In this document: one piece after another, positions 50,421 through 52,700 of the stretch
Position numbering within the stretch: the first letter of the stretch is position 1
Layout of the letters: each line of letters opens with the position of its first letter
DNA from: Eubacteriales bacterium
GTDB lineage: Bacteria; Bacillota; Clostridia; Oscillospirales; CAG-272
DNA length: 52,700 nucleotides
Assembly: GCA_045536865.1 (NCBI GenBank)
Contig: JAZSOK010000089.1
Location: 1 to 52,700, forward strand
Direction of reading: 5' to 3'
Translations under genes and position numbers: made by a program
The notes under the pieces: generated by a model
Database searches by the model: none
Told to the model about the DNA's origin: nothing
Seen by the model: the letters and a program-made list of their open reading frames with translations, nothing else

Positions 50421-51265
50421 TTTTCTCCGGCGACGAGTGGGCGACAGAGCACCACGCGGTCACGTCCGGCAAGATCGGGGAAACATTCGGCAGAAAAGCC
50501 ATATTGCGCCGCCAATGCCGATAAGGCGGCAAACTGACCGCACCCGATTTCAAACAAAAACAGGGGCGGTACAAAACTATCCTTTTGCGTGGGAGCAGGG
50601 GCGTACAGGGATAGAAAGGTACGGTAAAAGGAAAGACCGTTCGTACCGCCGTACAGTGCCGTTCTCGGCTCGTAGGACAATTCGGGTGCCAAGGTCGTCA
50701 TTTCTTCCTCTGTAATATAAGGAGGGTTGGCAAGGATAGCGGCGACACCCGTTGTCGGCACACGGCTTTTGCGTAGGTCGCGGCAGAAAAAGCGCACGCG
50801 CGAGGACACGCCGTTTCTTTTTGCATTTTCTTCGGCAATGGCAATCGCTTCTCGGGAAATGTCATATCCTGTTGCCAAGCAATCCTTGCGCGCGGCAAGG
50901 ACGGAGATGGCGATACAACCGCTTCCTGTGCAAAAATCGAGAAAATGGGCACTTGGCGGGAGGATGCGAATGGCGGTTTCCACAAGAATTTCCGTATCCG
51001 AACGGGGAATGAGAACGGCGGGGGAGACGCTGTATGTTTCGTTGAAAAAGGCGGCCTCACCGAGAATGTAGGCAAGAGGCTCATGCTTTAACCGCCTTTT
51101 CACACCCGACAAAAGCAAGGGATTGTCCGAATCTGGATTTTCACCGAGCAAGCGATAGGCGGGGATGTCTGTGTAGGCGGCGAATAATCGGCGCGCTTCC
51201 TCTTTTGCATCGTCAATGCCAGCGGCGGCAAAAGCCGCTTCAATATCAGAAAGTCGCATCGTCAA
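50417..51265 (-). CDS. prmC: peptide chain release factor N5-glutamine methyltransferase
   Basis: 282 aa with the SAM motif LDFCTGSGCI and the catalytic NPPY (ILANPPYI). Confidence 0.9.
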   Translation of the reverse strand: MTMRLSDIEAAFAAAGIDDAKEEARRLFAAYTDIPAYRLLGENPDSDNPLLLSGVKRRLKHEPLAYILGEAAFFNETYSVSPAVLIPRSDTEILVETAIRILPPSAHFLDFCTGSGCIAISVLAARKDCLATGYDISREAIAIAEENAKRNGVSSRVRFFCRDLRKSRVPTTGVAAILANPPYITEEEMTTLAPELSYEPRTALYGGTNGLSFYRTFLSLYAPAPTQKDSFVPPLFLFEIGCGQFAALSALAAQYGFSAECFPDLAGRDRVVLCRPLVAGEK

Positions 51266-52379
51266 CTCCGTTTTTGCCGTCCTTTGGCGCGTCGGTGTCT
51301 TCTATATTTATATTGCTATCACTTTCGACAGTTTCGGTTGCCGTTTCTTTTCCTTCTTCTGTGTCCGCTGTGCTATCCTTTTTTGCGTTTTCAAGGTAGG
51401 GGGCGGGATTAAAATCGGGGAACTCCTCGGGTAAGGCGCATTTCGTTGCCACGATGGCGACCTCAAGTTGTGAGTCGTCCGGCTCCTTGGTCGTCAGGCG
51501 TTGCATCCAAAGACCGGGGGCGGAGAGGGTGCGCGTAAAGACGTTTTCGTGCTTGCCCGCGAACATAATGAATTCATATCCCAGTCCAACGACCAAAGGA
51601 AGAATTAACAGGCGAATGAGCACGTAGACGATGTTGGGAACGTGGGGAAGCGCCATGCGTACGAAAAAGCCCGCAAAAATGCCGAGCAGGATCATGACGA
51701 ACATAAAACTTGTACCGCAACGGGGATGGAAACGGGAGTGTCGCCGTGCGTTTTCGGGGGTGAGTTCCTCGCCTGATTCAAAGCAAGCAATCGTTTTGTG
51801 TTCGGCACCGTGGTATTCAAAGGTGCGGCGAATGTCCTTCATTAGTGAAACGAGTATAATATAAGATATGAAGATAAGGATTTTCATGACACCTTCGATA
51901 AGGGCGCGGAAGGCGGCATGGTGGATGCCTGTTAAATAGGAAATCCCTTTGGCGGCAAGCGTGGGCAGATACATGAATAGGAAAAGACAAAGCGCCACGC
52001 CAAGAATGGAGGCGACAACCATCAAAACGTCAAAGACGCCGATGCCAAGATGCTTTTTCATCCATTTTTCAAAGCGGCCTTCTTCCACGTCCTCGTCAAT
52101 GCCCATCATTTCCGCAGAGAGCGTCAAAATGCGGAAACTGAGAATGAGCATTTCTACAAAATTGATAATACCGCGCAAAATCGGTATGTTGAGAGCCTTG
52201 TGTTTTTTACGCACGGATACAAAGGTGCGCCTGTCAACGGCAATGCTACCGTCGGACTTGCGGCAGGCGGTGGCGCATTCGTTTCCTGCACGCATCATAA
52301 TACCTTCAAGCACGGCCTGACCGCCCACGCGGTTGCGCCGTGTGCAAAGCGTTTCGTTCGTTTCTTCCTTTTTTGCCAT
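51246..52379 (-). CDS. DUF1385-family membrane protein (YqhQ-like, usual prmC neighbour)
   Basis: 377 aa. VGGQAVLEGIMMR and EYHGAEHK motifs are present. The acidic C-terminal tail overlaps the prmC start. Confidence 0.8.
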   Translation of the reverse strand: MAKKEETNETLCTRRNRVGGQAVLEGIMMRAGNECATACRKSDGSIAVDRRTFVSVRKKHKALNIPILRGIINFVEMLILSFRILTLSAEMMGIDEDVEEGRFEKWMKKHLGIGVFDVLMVVASILGVALCLFLFMYLPTLAAKGISYLTGIHHAAFRALIEGVMKILIFISYIILVSLMKDIRRTFEYHGAEHKTIACFESGEELTPENARRHSRFHPRCGTSFMFVMILLGIFAGFFVRMALPHVPNIVYVLIRLLILPLVVGLGYEFIMFAGKHENVFTRTLSAPGLWMQRLTTKEPDDSQLEVAIVATKCALPEEFPDFNPAPYLENAKKDSTADTEEGKETATETVESDSNINIEDTDAPKDGKNGVDDATF

Positions 52380-52569
52380 GTTTTTAACCTTTCCTTTGGC
52401 AGAAGCCGCATGCTGATTTATAGCGAATAAAAATCTATTTACGGGATATAATCATCGTAAATGCGAAAAAACCGCACGCGTCTTTACTATGTCCTTACAT
52501 TATATCACAGTTTGATGCTAAAAGAAATATCTTTTGCAAAAAAAACTTAAAAAAATTGCAAAAACCCCC

Positions 52570-52598
52570 TTGACAAAGGAAAAGCGAGATGATATAAT
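52570..52598 (+). promoter_or_regulatory. stable-RNA-type consensus promoter (first of a tandem pair)
   Basis: TTGACA, 17-nt spacer, TATAAT, preceded by A-tracts. A second TTGACA at 52688-52693 lies at the window edge. It shares the 15-mer TTGACAAAGGAAAAG with the tRNA promoter at 10855. Confidence 0.7.
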
Positions 52599-52700
52599 AG
52601 ACGAGCCTCTCGAAAAGCGGCAACGCAGCGGGAGGGAACCACACGAAAAACTTTTTGAAAAATCTTTACAAAAGGTATTGACAAAAGGGGAAGTGTGTGG

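Overview
This 52.7-kb window looks like a chromosomal segment of a moderate-GC Firmicutes/Clostridia-like bacterium. That guess rests on gene content, Shine-Dalgarno sites and TG-extended -10 promoters; no database search was possible.

The backbone is housekeeping:
- pfkA (partial) and glyA
- a PerR-like regulator with reverse rubrerythrin
- a ZIP metal transporter
- Na+/alanine and Na+/proline symporters
- hom, tRNA-Thr/Tyr, a tRNA(CAT), RNase P RNA and rpsT
- murD, a cysteine desulfurase, rlmH and an archaeal-type aspS
- nrnA-rbfA, and murI-ddl-prmC-DUF1385

The accessory patches are:
- a PadR-DUF1700-DUF4097 trio beside a truncated four-helix-bundle gene
- a GH63-like hydrolase, a metallophosphoesterase and a GT-C-like membrane protein
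- DeoR, Ldh_2, malic enzyme and an FGGY kinase
- an XRE-TM2-DUF2752 module
- a ~5.7-kb insertion (27.2-33.0 kb) bounded by a perfect 60-bp direct repeat

That insertion carries a decapitated large serine recombinase, a MacB-type ABC pair and an AT-rich operon. The operon encodes small TM peptides, a DUF3267-like HExxH protein, a Pol-beta nucleotidyltransferase and a minimal CDP-alcohol phosphatidyltransferase.

The most unusual signal is non-coding. At least six intergenic loci carry arrays that alternate a short conserved AT-rich word with short GC hairpins. The word is ATATCAT-like, the complement of this organism's TGATAT extended -10 word. The hairpins are mostly perfectly paired, differ in sequence, and mostly have C(GNA)G-type loops. 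Most arrays sit directly after an intrinsic terminator, and several form two inverted sub-arrays.

I saw no CRISPR array, no intact transposase or integrase, and no recognisable defence genes. All functional calls rest on motif recognition by eye, and boundaries of RNA and regulatory features are approximate.
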